Translations under genes and position numbers: made by a program | The notes under the pieces: model-generated | What the model was told of the DNA's origin: nothing | The model's input: the letters and a program-made list of their open reading frames with translations, nothing else | Database searches by the model: none | Assembly (NCBI RefSeq): GCF_964204645.1 | Contig: NC_134030.1 | Coordinates: 5,188,778-5,252,777 of the forward strand | DNA length: 64,000 nucleotides | Direction of reading: 5' to 3' | Origin: Tubulanus polymorphus | Taxonomy: Eukaryota > Animalia > Nemertea | Shown: positions 38,492-52,820 of the stretch, in pieces | How positions within the stretch are numbered: the stretch's first letter is position 1 | Layout: each line of letters begins with the position of its first letter

Positions 38492-39569
38492 CTGAATAAA
38501 CATACAAAAATACTTGGAAAATATATGAAAGATTAGAAAATTAACAAAAACAAAATACGCACGATAACAGTATTCGCACAACAAATCCCGATAAACGCTA
38601 TACTTAGTAGAAACGACGAAAATTCTAAAAGGGCATCTATCTAGAAAAATTGAAAGTATGCTGCCTCCCATGTAATTCTATTATGCTATATTGATCTGAT
38701 CATCCGAAAGAAACAAACCATTTTGCTGCAAAGCCGCTCCTGAAATGAAAAGTAAACGTCTCTGTGAAAACCTATGACTATATATAACGACAGTCTCAAT
38801 GAAGATTTTATTTTGTCATAATGACCTAAATCTAATGCTGGTAAATTTTGAATTCATAATAAAACGAGTCATACCATTTCCATGAGGGTAAACAAAATAT
38901 ACGGCATTTAAATAGGACCAACGAATAGTATAAATTCGTACACCTCCAGTGTCTGCGCTAGATATCATAACTAGCGTAATACAAAATAAATTCTTGTTGA
39001 AAATCTTCGTTAACGATGGGCGTTTTCTTCCATTGATTAACTTTTAATATTGATAGTTGCGCCAAATGACTTTAAACCTGCGGGTTAGGCGTGGCATTGA
39101 TCCTAAATGGCCACTGACACTAATTCAGGAAATCGAATGTTATAGATCAAACTGACTTCTGTAATTTCGTTATTCCGACATAGTTGAAATACGATAATTC
39201 AAACATATCAATTCATTAGAATCCTTTCACACATGAATAATATGTTAAATTATGTCCAGTAGGTTTGTTCGAGCCACGTTATAAAATGAAGTCCGACCGG
39301 TAATTGATCCCATTCTCGCCGTAGACTTTCAATGCGAGAATAGTTTTTAGCCGCAAGATTCTACGAGATTCGAATATTTGAGGTATGTAAAAGATGGCAT
39401 TATCATGTATTGAAATCGAGTGTTATAAACTAAATTAAATACGCATAAAAACAGAACAAAAAACAAATCAGTGTTTCATTCATAAAAGAATATAATGGGA
39501 TTGATTTATAGCGTGTAAAGGAATGTTTTTCTAGTGGCAAAATTTTTACAGGTTGAATATTCCGCTGCA

Positions 39570-40556
39570 ATGGCCGGTAATTCTACATATCCGGATGAAT
39601 ATTATTATTACTACAGTCAAGTAACTCTCGATGTCAATAACAGTCTCGGCGCTATTCTTTTCTTCTTCGGAGTCATTGGAAACTTTTTCATCCTGCTGGT
39701 ATTCAACGGTAGCAAGAACATGCGCTCGATGCCCTGTGCAATGCTATTTACTACGCTTGCAGTCGGCGATACCGTCTATTTGAGTACCAGTCTCCTCCGC
39801 CGATGGATACTGTTTTACACCGGCGGATGGGTCGATATCAGGCTAGGAAGCGAGCCCGTCTGGTGTAAAGTTCACGTCTATCTTACCTACGCTTCGTACA
39901 TGATGTCAGCTTGGATTCTGGTGATCATCAGCATCGAGAGGTCCGTGGCCATCGCTGTACCGATGAAGCACAAACGGATTTGCACGCGCAAAAACGTAGG
40001 AATCGTGCTAGGCGTCGTGGTCTTTGCGGTGCTGGTGTACAACAGTCATTACGCGTACGGTTTCTGCCCGATGCCCAAGCCGTACGAGGTCTTCTACGAC
40101 ACGCACGCGGAAATGCTCGATTTAGTCTTGAACGTCGTCATCCCGTTCAGCGTCTGCTCGCTGGCCAACATCATCATCATCGTCTGCATTCGCAGGTCGA
40201 TGAGCAAGCGTAGCGAAATGGCGTCGGGAAACGCGGCTGGCGAAAAAGGCGGCAAACGAAAGGTAGAGAGTGTCACCATTATGCTGATCGCTACAAACGT
40301 TATGTTCATCGTAACGACGCTGCCATTCAGCATTTACCTGAATCAAGTGGAAGTTTGGCAGCTGGAAATGGATGTGGCTTTTAGTTTATTGTCGTACGCA
40401 AATAACGGCATTAATTTTTGGATCTACTGTATCAGCGGCCAGAAGTTCAGGCGCGAATTGATTGCTGTATTGGGTCGTTGCTGTAATTGCTGCCGTAATA
40501 AAGATAATTCCTCCAAATCCAGCACCATCAGCACTCAGAACACTCTTAGTTCGTAA
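39570..40556 (+). CDS. Intronless class A GPCR (peptide-receptor-like orphan, FMRFaR/srw-like clade)
   Basis: MAGNSTY start; GVIGN, LAVGD, SAW...ISIERSVAIAVP, TTLP, NNGINFWIYCISG.KFR; Cys-rich C-tail. Confidence 0.9.
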   Translation: MAGNSTYPDEYYYYYSQVTLDVNNSLGAILFFFGVIGNFFILLVFNGSKNMRSMPCAMLFTTLAVGDTVYLSTSLLRRWILFYTGGWVDIRLGSEPVWCKVHVYLTYASYMMSAWILVIISIERSVAIAVPMKHKRICTRKNVGIVLGVVVFAVLVYNSHYAYGFCPMPKPYEVFYDTHAEMLDLVLNVVIPFSVCSLANIIIIVCIRRSMSKRSEMASGNAAGEKGGKRKVESVTIMLIATNVMFIVTTLPFSIYLNQVEVWQLEMDVAFSLLSYANNGINFWIYCISGQKFRRELIAVLGRCCNCCRNKDNSSKSSTISTQNTLSS

Positions 40557-42084
40557 TTGATGCGATCGAATTTATTACACTCTAACTTTCTCGATTCGAA
40601 ATCAGACATCGATAGCGAAGGAATTCCCCACAACGAAATGTCAAATGGTATTGAAATGAATGCGTTACGTTCTCGTTTCTACACTCCTTTCGCGTTATTC
40701 TTTTTTGTTGTTTATATATCTATAGTGTTACGGTTATTTCAACTTTGGATTGCGTGTCTCATAGGGAGTAATTGTCGCCGAGTTATCTCGATTTAGAACA
40801 ACACTGACCGTAATTAGTCATACCCCTTGGGAGTAGTTCATTTTTGTTTTATTTCCCGGGTCAAAACCAATCTAAAACTGGGTCATATTCTAGAAAATTT
40901 TCCTGAAGTTATGATATATCTATTCCACTTTTGTTGTTTATATATATATACATATATATTTAAAGTTTGTATCACTGATGAAAAATAAAATTCCATAATT
41001 GATTGGTATTACATAAACAATTTCTCATGCTATTTATCATTATGTCGTTTTGAATGTCTCAACGGGAAATCAACTCAATCGAAGAGCGATAAAAATCCGA
41101 AATATCTTGGGAACAATAGGACAGACATTAACTCAAGGCTTTCACCAGAATATATCACTAGTTAGTCTAGTCAAAGCAAAGATGGAGAATATATCTACTC
41201 ACTAACATTGACTTTCCTGTAGCGAACTTTATATTCCGTTACCTCCAAATCAAAATGGCAGGCGAAAGCATGTGACTGGTTTTATCGCGTCGATTTTGCA
41301 AGATTTATATTTTAAAAAGAAAACCACTTGAAAAGAATCGACCGAGGTACCGTTTTAGTAAGAATAAACGATTTTCCGACTGTATCCGCAAGGTGGCGAC
41401 CTAGTCGATGTATATAAGTTGTCATACATTCGCCATGTTTTGAAATCGTCAGTAAATACTTCAATCAAACCATGGACTATAAAACGACTAAAAACGATAG
41501 TCCAAAACAAAACCGACGTTTTATCAAATCGAGGATCTTTATTATTTTTGGTACAAAGATGAGAGATTGAGGAATTATTTGTATAAGGTAGATCTATAGG
41601 AGACTAATGCAAATGAACGGAACTGACCATCGACTCGGGACTCCTAGAGTCCAAGACTCAACCATAAGTTGGATGAATCATATTCTAGTCCTATGTAACA
41701 CTCGTAATTAAACCATCGAAGACCAGAGCCAGCTGGTTTCATACCGAGACAAAAGATCTCTTCATGCATTACGCAGTCCGGGCTATAAATGCTATTTTAG
41801 CCCGATAGTTGTTAGCGCACAATAATCGCCATTTGTTTTCGCAATATCAAGAGCGGTGTGAATGGTTTGAAGCTATTCTTGGCTTCTCTACAAGGCTTAT
41901 TCTAGGATATTTTCTCGCGCTTGACATAGATTCGTGGTGTAAATAAAGACGGGAAAGAGAACGCGTCTGCATATACACAATGAACTACGCACACCGCGTG
42001 CGCTTACGGCGGTATGAACCTGTTCATTATATCAGTCGGTAGTAGTCGGATCTGACGTTATAGCGCTGTCTGTCGTCGTTCAGA

Positions 42085-43681
42085 ATGGCGGATGATGCGG
42101 CAGCCAACGATGAAACTATCAAGGAAAACGGGCTTACAGCAGCATTTCTGGCTCCCGAAGATGGCGACGGGACGCCCAAGGAAGATATTGTGATAAAGGC
42201 TTACGGTCGAAGATGGTAATAATACGTATATCTATGAGTTTATGGTCATTGTTTGTCATCATTATCGCTTCATTTTGCTCCAACCGCTAATGTAGGTGGA
42301 ATATAATATGATTACCTTTTCTTTCTCAATCATTTTCGACTGTTCTTAAAAGGAATATCTACGGAAAGAACTATCATCTATATTGGAATGTTGTTTCACA
42401 TATTGTTGTCAAAAAGACTGGAATCGAAATTTTTGTAATATCTTGAAAATGAAGGATATTTATGTATTTCCCCTTTACCAAAAGGTAGACACGTCTCATT
42501 TCCCTGTCTGTTGGGATCACCGAGGATTGTTGGTTCTCATTAACGTATTCGAAATCATCTGCGAGGTTTTATCATACTCTGATTTACCAAATAACAGTAC
42601 TACGGGGAATTTACGAATGTAATGAACAAGGAAGCATGAACCGAGTAGCTGCCAACCATTCAAAATTTCGAATGTGCTTCCCAAAAAGTCTGGAGATTTT
42701 TTTTTGCAAAATTTTCAAACGACGGAAAAATAAATCGAAATGGGCATCATTAGGGCCAGAAAATTTTCCCCCACGAATATCGTGCTTGCAGGCCTCGTAT
42801 TGCATCTGCCCTTTTCCAATTAAGTGCTTCCAATTTTCAGGTCCACCCCCTTCCTGCTCTAGTTGAACGTATTAAGTAACTATTTTTTTCATCTAATTTT
42901 GACGGTTGTATTTTCATTTGGTAAACAGTGTGCAGCACTGTGATGCCGATGTTAGAGGCTGACATATGTAAAGCCTATTATCAATAGTACAATACGTATA
43001 TACACGACAAAACAGCCCTCACACTTGCAATTATCACATGACTTACAGCGCTTCATTCCTGGAAACGTGAATACAAAATATCATCGCGTTACGTTGCATT
43101 TCACGTATACGGCGATTTTCTTTAGTGCATCGATGCCGACGCAGTGCATATCGACGTATGCGTGATGTATTTTCGGCGACTAAGGTTTCGCGACTAAGAT
43201 CCATAAAGAATGGAAAACGATGGAATTAATCATCGACCGAACACGTCACGTCGTTAGTGCCATAAATAGCTCGATGTATACATAAAAGTTATCTTCTAAT
43301 CTTAAATTGGAAAACTTAAACGTTGGACTTTGAACAAAATTTGTTATAGGACTGGCCGTATGGAACTATGCGCTCCTATTTCAATACAAATTCTTATATC
43401 ACGCGCCAGTTAACCAGACTTTGAATATGTTTGGATTAAAATACATTTCTAATTATAATACAATTCTTGAAATATATAATCAATTGTTTGTGATACATAT
43501 GACATACTTCCTAGAAGTAGTTCGAATTTAGTCAAACGCATTTCACAACACGAAAAGTCCAATTGACTGTCGATGTTTGACCGATGTACGGCCCTTGACA
43601 CCGGTATTCAGATTACGTAATACATATCCGGGTTTTACGTAACGATGACAATTACTCGTCACGCAGTATATGAAATCACAT

Positions 43682-43750
<69 letters not shown>

Positions 43751-43904
43751 TGTATGTATGTATGTATGTATGTATGTATGTATGTATGTATGTATGTATG
43801 TATGTATGTATGTATGTATGTATGTATGTATGTATGTATGTACGTATGTACGTATGTACGTACGTACGTACGTACATACATACATACATACATACATACA
43901 TACA

Positions 43905-43937
<33 letters not shown>

Positions 43938-46900
43938 TATATATATATAATATACCGTATATATAAATGTACCGTATTCATTATTCTTGTCTCTGGCAAC
44001 TATTTATATACGTGGCATGAGTTTTATTTTGATTAATTCCTCGAATCAAAGAGGATTATATTTAGAATTCTATCATCCTCAAACAAAACCAACTTATAAG
44101 TACCGTTGAAAAAGGCTTAGATTTTTTCTTTTAAATAGAATTTTGCAATCGCCTTTTGTGACGCGTATAAATGATACTTGTGTCAACCTTTCAATATGTT
44201 GAAACTGTTGTTTTCACTCCAGGTACATCATCATCTTATTCGCTATGTTCCCCTTCATGAACGCGCTTGTCGTGGCTACATGGGGACCAATAGCGAGTTC
44301 AGCCTACGACGCGTTTGGTTTCACCTCCGCCGATATTGCATTTGTTTCAACGGCCGGACTGATCGGTTATATCCCGTCCTTTCCACTGTTTACCTGGGTG
44401 CTCAATAAATATGGTAAGGCATTTGTTAATGCGGCGTTGACTGCCAAGCATAGAACTGATATGCGATAAAATTATGCGTGATTAGAAGTGAAATCGGAAT
44501 TGCTGTGAACGTGTAATTATATATACCATATCCATATTGACCAGATATTAACGATTATAATCAGGATAGGAATCTATGCAAATAATTCCTGCAGCGCTTA
44601 CAATTTCTCTATGTTGACACAACTGTACGTAGAAAAATGGCATTACAGATTAATACTTTCTGTATGCTTTTGCCCCAGCGCCGTTTCATACTAGACATAC
44701 CAGAAAAAATGTGTCTGTCCCCCAGAAATGGAAACTAATTGAAATGTTATCGTTTTAGGTACGAGGGCTGTTATGATGTTAGGATCTAGTATTCTTACAA
44801 TCGGTTCAGCAATTCGTCTCATCGCCGGAATCAATAAAAACCTCATCTGGTGTGTATGAATATAACAACGAAAACAAAATTAATTTTCCTTAAAAAACCT
44901 CTTGCAGACATATCTGACAGACTCGAGATATTGACGCAATCATGAATTGGTATCAACATTCCCGTTAACGTGTATTCTTAAAAGCGCGAGTTTAATGACT
45001 TACAGAACTATCGAAAATACGATTTATTTTCGCAAGAAAACTATAGGAGTTGTGTCGAGGTTGATAAATATATTACGTTCATACCGTTTGTGTGAATGTA
45101 TTTGCCAGAACCAGTTTTACGACTTAAAAAGAACTATTAGCACCATTAGTAACTGAGGAGAACTCTGTGGGTCACTGTGCCCTTATTCCAAGAGTGTCTA
45201 GGCACTAAAATGTTCAAATTATTAGCCTACTTATACTGCTCTTATACTGGTTTTTCGACGCCTGTGGGTTATGCCAAATTGCTATGTTATTTCCCACCGT
45301 TTGTTTATTTATTCACTTTACGCAAACGGATTATATAATATGGGAATCGTTTTCAGGGCAATACATATTGGTCAGTTGGTGGGCAGTTTTTCGACACCTA
45401 TGGGCCTATGTGTACCGCCGGCTTTGATATCGATTTGGGTGCCTGATCATCAGCGAGTGACAGTTACAACATTCCTTATGCTTGCCACTGCGTTCGGTGG
45501 TGCTATTAATGGAATTTTAGGTTAGATATAAACATGCGATTGAATTGATCTCCATTTTGTTGAATTAATTAAATTATTTTTTTCGGGAATTAATTTTTCC
45601 CTATACAGGGCCACAGCTTGTTCGAGAAATTTCGCACAATACGCCTCATAATTCTAACACCTCGTACGCCGTTGGTGATACGGCTTTATGTTCGGATGGT
45701 TCGAATTGTCCAAACCTTACTCAAGGTAAACAAATCAAAAGCTAATAAAACCACATTGTTCTGCGTTAAAACTTGTGTAATGATAACCATGTTTTCTCAT
45801 CTACTTCAGCTGATTCTTCTTTGACTCCTGATGATATAAAAAATGACATCTTGATTTTACTTGGGATCCGTGAGTTTTTTTTATGGAATATCATTTGAAT
45901 CAGGAAATATTAGAAAAATTGTGTATACCTGAAACTATTCAAATATTTGGCTAGATGTCGTTCATGAAATGAATTGGTTCAATATTTCAGATGTGGCTAT
46001 ACTAGCTTGCTGTACGATACTAGTATTCATTTATTTTCCCGCTAAACCGCCCCACCCGCCTTCGAAGTCAGCAACGTACAAACGTCTTCAGTTACGAGAA
46101 GGGCTCAGGGTACTTGGAAGGTACGTTAAACGCTCCAATTTCAAGGTAACTAAAGAATCGCTATTGTGGGTTTGACGGGACAGTGTTTTTCATCTTACAG
46201 GAATAAATGGTTTTGGTTGATAACGTTGACCGCCTGTTTACCGAATGCTTGTTTCACTACGATGATAATTCTCTTGGAATCAGTATTAGCCGTTCTAGAC
46301 TATTCACAGGTCAGTTCTAGCTGCACATCCGTTATTCTGTATTCCGTGACTAGAAATCATTAGACAATAAACTACAACGTTTTCTCTTTCCGATATTGAT
46401 TACCATCTTCTTGTTTCAGGAAATGGTCGGATGGATAATATTTACTTCTCTCACTGCGGCAATAGTCGTTCCAGTTATCTTGGGAAGGTATTGAACCATC
46501 AAACAAAGCGATTCATATTGTTGTTTAGCTCACACGGAAATACTGATACTAAAAGCACTGATATCTATTCAATTTCAGCTTGGTTATGGACAAATCTAAA
46601 GCGCACGCCAAAATGATAATAATCATATTAACATGTATGCTTGCGCTGTCCTGTTTGTGGTTATCATTACAGTGTGCCAATATAGTATATCATAACCTAG
46701 GTAAGTGACCTTGAACACAGCATTAACATCAAATAATATGAGTTGAATGTTGATAGTTTGTGTGTCTTAGATAAGCATCACGCTCTAAGATAAGAACTGA
46801 ATTGCTATATATTACTATTTTTGTGACCTCGCCTGATTTTGGTAAAATTCCAAAACTGATACCTACTAGCGATGTAGATATGAATTGGAAATTCAAATGC

Positions 46901-48134
46901 GAAGCTCCTGAAGTACTAAATAAAATGTATTAAAATGAAACTTTGCGTGAATCTTCCTTGGCTCATTTCAGTTTCTGTGTACTGTATATACTTGTGGTCT
47001 TTTATTCATTTTTCTATCATTTCTCATTTTCTGTTCGCAGGAACGATGTTTACGAACGTGATATTAAGTAGCATTGTCGCCGGGTCTTTATACCCATTAA
47101 CTTGTGATGTAACCTGTGATATGGCTTACCCTGTGTCTGAAGGGCTTGTAATGAGCGTCTTTCAATTGTTTCAAGTCATCGCCTTGTGCATGATACTCGG
47201 ATCTGTGATGATACCAGGCTATGGTACGTGAACGATAAACATCCCTAGAAAACTGTTTCGATTATTATTGAAATATAGCTTATTAATTGCTCTCCGAAAT
47301 ATACTTCACAATGCTCGAAATACAAGCTTATTTACGGCTGATTTTTAAGAAACACAACTGATATCAACTGTCAAGTATTATAGCGAGTCTTATCGACTGT
47401 ATTTATCCATTACTCGAGCGACTTTCATTGATAGTCCACGTGTACTTTTATGTATTATCAATATTCGTATGACACCGTTCCATCCTATGCACTGAATATT
47501 CAATCATGTTTCGCAATTTACAGTTATAACGTGGGTTGTCTGGATGACGTTTGGTTGTATGGTATTTTGCATTCCGATGTTTTCAATATGTAAAATGGAA
47601 TTGAAAAGGCATGCAATTGACAAAGAACATGCCACGAATGAAGTAAGTATTCGTTCGATATACACGTGATTTCCGTGTTGCCAGTTGAACATCCTCCCTC
47701 GGCAGGAATCCGAACCTGATGGCATCGCTAGACTCGGTCACGGCACGAAACTAGTCTTCCACACCAGCCCGGGTGCGCAGGTACATGCGAAATTTTGCCG
47801 CGAGAAAACGTGCGGTCCAATCAGATTGCCCGTTGTATAATCGCCGAGAAAAATTTTATGGATAAACTATAACTGGAAAAACCCTGGCTAAAACAAAACG
47901 GAATTTCTGATTGGCTAACACCGGCATCACCTGAGATAAGCACTCTGTCTAATCAGGTAGGGCCGTGGGTTGGCAGTCTCGATGCTATCAGGTTCGGATA
48001 CCCGCCAGTTGCATTGCCCAAATTAAACGAATCCTCCCTGTTTGTCGTGGATATAATGTTCATGTTTTCTCGTTTCTTCTCTTCAGCAATTGAAACTGAC
48101 TCAGAACGGTGCAGGAAAAGCGGAAAAAGTGTAG
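42085..48134 (+). CDS. SLC49A4/DIRC2-like MFS transporter, paralog A; 13 exons
   Basis: KAYGRRW/YIII...NALVVATWGPI; PALISIWVPDHQRVTVT; YFPAKPPHPPS; YPLTCDVTCDMAYPVSEG; last exon 48087-48134. Confidence 0.88.
43682..43950. repeat. Compound self-complementary microsatellite (CA)n(TA)n(TATG)n-TACG junction-(CATA)n
   Basis: Direct reading. Source of the MYVC/YIHT spurious ORFs. Confidence 0.97.
47690..48005. mobile_element. Second, more diverged copy of the 37925-38263 MITE (right end truncated)
   Basis: CATCCTCCCTCGGCAGGAATCCGAACCTGATGGCATCG...CCAATCAGATTGC...TTTCTGATTGGCTAA...ATCAGGTTCGG; flanks CAGTTGAA / CAGTTGCA. Confidence 0.82.
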
Positions 48135-49155
48135 ACTAAATATGAATATATAGATCTGCTCACAACTTCGTGTCAGTCCTGTGGCTGGAACCTTTGTTTA
48201 TTCTCAGGGCGTATTTGCTTAAATCGAACACCAAAAAGAACCATGCGTATGTATCTAATTGAATATTAAGTTGAGATGTTCATCTCATGACTGAATTTTG
48301 AGAAAAATTGTCTCCATTGGTTCGAGGTGTTCGCATTACGAAATATATCGTGTATACATAGATTTTATTTTATATATGTTGAATAATTCCGATTTTAAGC
48401 GTGACTGAGTGAAAGAAATCTTCAACCTTTGTCCCAGATCGGTAAAATTCCTATTTCTCCTCGTATAAGTAGTAATTGAACGACTGGGTCGACGCCCAGT
48501 AACAAGCCTTTTGGATGTTGTGCGCCAGTGTGTTTATTAAATTTTGCTCGAGACCTTTAGGTGTTGTAAAATATGGATGTATAAGTGTGATGTAATTATG
48601 TCTTATGTAATGTACAGAATACGGAGAGGACGAATGAACAATTTTAGTAGTGTTTAATAAAACCGATGAAATTTTGTATGATATATATACATAAAAATGT
48701 ATTTTAGTTTTGCTTGCTCCTTGTGTAAATTCTTATCATTGTACATGTACTATGTCTTTCGGTTTGGAACAATGTTTTCTACTATGCATCGTGTTGCTTG
48801 TGTAGAAAAAGTATATTATCATATGTATTGATAATGATAATAAATGATGAAAATAGTCTAACGACATGGGGTTCGTGTTTGTTATGGTTTTCAAAGCGTC
48901 TAAATCCGTACGCGAGCGATTGGTTCTTAGATCGATTGAAGAGGTTATTTCCATCCACTATGTGGAAATTTCAATGAAACCAAAAACTGTATCCTAGGTA
49001 AGTGGTAAAATTTACTTCATTAAAAATTTACACCATATGTTACAAAATGTACAAAAGAATTAAAAGAACCAAAAACACACATCTTCGTCTGAGCAAATAT
49101 AGTTATACCCATGTAAACCCGATAAACCATAGACCCTCTACGACTAGCGCTAGGT

Positions 49156-52100
49156 TTATACGTTAGTTGTGGCACCATTGTCATCGGTTGGCAACATCTG
49201 CAATGACATAAATCGATTTATTCATTGAACGATCATATATTACATATGCGATTATTTAGATCAAAATGCAAGCATGTTGTCGACGGCGACCTTTTTAGCA
49301 GATTCAGCATGTTCCATATCCAATTTAAACTTTTTCAATTCCATTTTGCAAGCTGCAAACATCGGGACGCTGGTCGTGACGAAAATAAAGATCAGCCACA
49401 TAATCCACTGTACATCTGTAAATAAAGGAATTATACCAGTCAAACACGTATATATGTAAACATGTTGCAGAACGCATAATGCTTGTTTCTTTTAGCAAAA
49501 CATGATAGTCAGAGGCCAAAATACCGGGTTCATTTCAGTACTAAAAGGCAACTTACTGAATCCTGGAATCATGACAGCTCCCAGCAATACTGACAGCATA
49601 ATTATCTGGAACAGTTGGAAAATGCCCATCGCCAGTCCTTCCGATACGGGGTACGCCATCTCACACGTGACGTCACACGTCAGCGGAAATATAACCGCAG
49701 ATATTATGCTGTTTAAGATTATGTTGCAATAAACACTGGCTGTAATGTAGAAAGATCGGTATCATATAACTACGTAGGAATATTGCACAACCGAATTACG
49801 AAATCAGTTTTAGGATTCGAACCCGCTTTGTACCTAGATTATTTGATATTATGTTATTACACTGTAGACCCTGCCATAACGCGAATACTGAGAACAATGC
49901 TGCCAAAGTGACGATCATTAGTTTACTGTAAACTTTTAGTTTGTCCATAAGTCTGAAAAATATAAATCAGTTATTGGATAAGTATCTACGTGAACATAGT
50001 GATTGAAACTTGTTTTTTTTAAGTTCAAAACTGTAAACCTCTACCTTCCTAATGACACCGATGTGAAGATAGCTAGCGATAGAGCTGCGAATATCAACCA
50101 ACCGACTGTTTTCTGTAATTAGAACGGTGTCTTAGAGATTCTAAATGCAGGTTTTTCCAATCGAAAGAAAAACTCGCTACTTTTCACGGTTTCTACCTGA
50201 GAATATCCTAACGTTCCTAATACCGGCTCCAACATGACAATCATCACCGTGTAACTAGCATTAGGCAGACACGAAGCTACTGTGATCAACCAGTATGGGC
50301 GATTCCTAAAGATACGCTAGATTTTAGAAATATCGACTAAACATTCAATTTTTAAGGAAATCAAGGATTCTGCTGTTGGTGCTGTTGTCCACCGATATCT
50401 TAAAATCAGATCATCCATTGTTGAAACATCTCGGTACTTACTTGCCGAGTTGTTTAAGTCCTTCTAACATTCCAGTTCTAGACTTTGACGCCGATAACGA
50501 CGGTGGATGACGAGGCTTACTCGGGAAATATATAAACACCAAAATCGTACAGATGGCGATTATCACGTTTTCTAGTAAAAACCGAAACCAATAAATTGAA
50601 AATCACAACGATTCATACATTTTTATCAAATGAATGTTTGCAAACTTGTTCGATAGAATTGAAAATCTATACTTACGAATACCGAGAAGAATCAGTATGT
50701 CCCTGCGTATATCGTCTGGGGTAAGAGCATTATCTGTTTTGGAAAAATAGAGGTTTCTTTCAGGTATGATTTTACCGATAGTCATTCAATAAATCAAATA
50801 CTATAAAATCTTATTTTTTGGATAAACGGATCATTTCGTTGAATTGCTCCAAGCATTTTTTTGAATAAACTTTCGCATTCAAGAATGATATACAATTTTT
50901 ACCTGTAACGTTGTCAAAACGTCGGCAATAGGTACTATTCGGGCTGTCTGGGTTATCCGGGTTACACACATCGCCTAATCTTATAGTCGTATTCTCAGGA
51001 GACCAGTTTACTGGTAGTTGTCGCACTAATTGTGGACCTACAGATATAAGTTTATGTATTTGGGGTCCTGGCATCTTGAACTAACGACTTGGGATATGTG
51101 GAAAAATCACGAGTCTCGATCACACGGAGACGATTTGGCCCGGGCCAAATCGGCGCGGATCAAAATTGACCCGTGCCTAAATTTGGCCTGGGCCAAAAGT
51201 GCTCGTGTGATGGCGGCTATGATATGATTTGGAAATTCCAACCCTAATTTCGTCAGGTGCATAGAATACTTACCCATTATGCCGTTCACGGCTCCACCGA
51301 AACTAGCCATCAACATCAACAAAGCGGTTATAGTTACTCGCTGATTGTCCGGTACCCAGGTTGAAATGATTGCGGGGGGTACGACCAATGCCAATGGGAT
51401 CGCAAAACTGCTTATCAACTGACCAACATAAATCGTCCTGAAAGATAAATCATGAGAAATTTACCACCGCGTGCGATGCACCTCGTAGCTTTTTTCTTCT
51501 TATCAGGTATCGTGATTACAGAAGAGAAAGAAAACCTACCATTGCAGTTTCGTGTGAATACCAACTAACATTCGCATAGAGCCGCCAATCAGCAGAAGAC
51601 TAGCTCCCATCAGCATGGCAGCTCGAATACCTGACAGGCAGTAATTGAGTTAGCATTTGATTTGAATAATTATAATAGTTTGTATTACTTATTCAATAAT
51701 ACTTGATTATCTAATTTACGACCTATATGTCTCATCTTACCTCTTGATTTAATAATCCAAGCGTACACAGGGAATGATGGTATGTACCCTATCAGCCCCA
51801 TGTTAGACACGAGGGCCACATCGGCGGCTGTGAAGCCGAATGCTGCATGGGCCGATCGCGATATCGGGCCCCAAGTGGCCACTACCAGCGCGTTCATGAA
51901 TGGAAAACACGCGAACAGGATAATCAGATACCTGTAAAGTGAGAAAAGAGTTACCGGAACAAAACCAAACAATTATGTCATATAAACTTCTTCTTGTTCG
52001 TATTGGTATTTTAATATCAATGATAATTTATATTATCTGTGAAACCAGGTCTCGTGTAGGAAAATAATGATTGTTTTTATTTGTCGGAACAATTAGGTAA

Positions 52101-52820
52101 CCTATTTTGTCTAGAACAAAGATGCTTTGATTGTAACCCAATGTTGCTTAAATAAACTTCAGGACTATGGTTTCGGATAACACATATGAACAGTCTGAAT
52201 GATTTGATCAAGAAATGGGCTATATATAAAAAACCTCTGACTGGGAAGACATATTGATGGAGAGATTTACATATTTTTTTACAATCAAAGTATGCACCAT
52301 GAAAGGATAAAGGCTGTTGAAATATGACGTCGAAATGTTGGAGCAGTCTTATACGGGTATAGTTCTAGATTTGGGGCATTGCTGTTAATGATATAAAACC
52401 TGAACTCGATCAGCGCAGTGTGCCTGTATATATTTATATCGTGCAGAGTATATTCTTTTTGTATGCACGAGTGTTCGTTTCAGAGTTTATGTTATGATAT
52501 GCTGAAAATATATATAGATCTATACTGAATTGTGTGAAAATTCACAGAGAATATCAGAACGTTTTGAGAACAAAGGAAAAGCGGATTGCGAATAAGTTAC
52601 GCAATTTCTCTCGGATATTGAGACATCATTTAGTAAGGAAATTCGGGTGAATCATAAAACAATCTGTAAATCTGTAAATTCTAGAAAGTCGTGCTTACCA
52701 TCGTATCTTGTAGGCTTTAATCCGGATAGGTGTGTCATCCGTATGATTTGCATCCTTTTCTTCCTTATCGTTATCATCGACGAGTGAGTCGTGATTAGCT
52801 TGTTCGCTATCATCATCCAT
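49156..52820 (-). CDS. SLC49A4/DIRC2-like MFS transporter, paralog B
   Basis: MDDDSEQ...KAYKIRW; NALVVATWGPI; PAIISTWVPDNQRVT; YFPSKPRHPPS; TCDVTCEMAYPVSEG; same exon layout as paralog A. The C-terminus ends at either 49261 or 49156. Confidence 0.88.
51121..51211. repeat. Short MITE-like element with internal TTGGCCC.GGCCAAA subrepeats
   Basis: CACACG...CGTGTG ends; related to 23666-23845. Confidence 0.5.

Noticed and set aside
43543-44036. Six overlapping MYVC/YIHT-repeat ORFs
   Set aside because: They are translations of the (TATG)n/(CATA)n microsatellite, not proteins.
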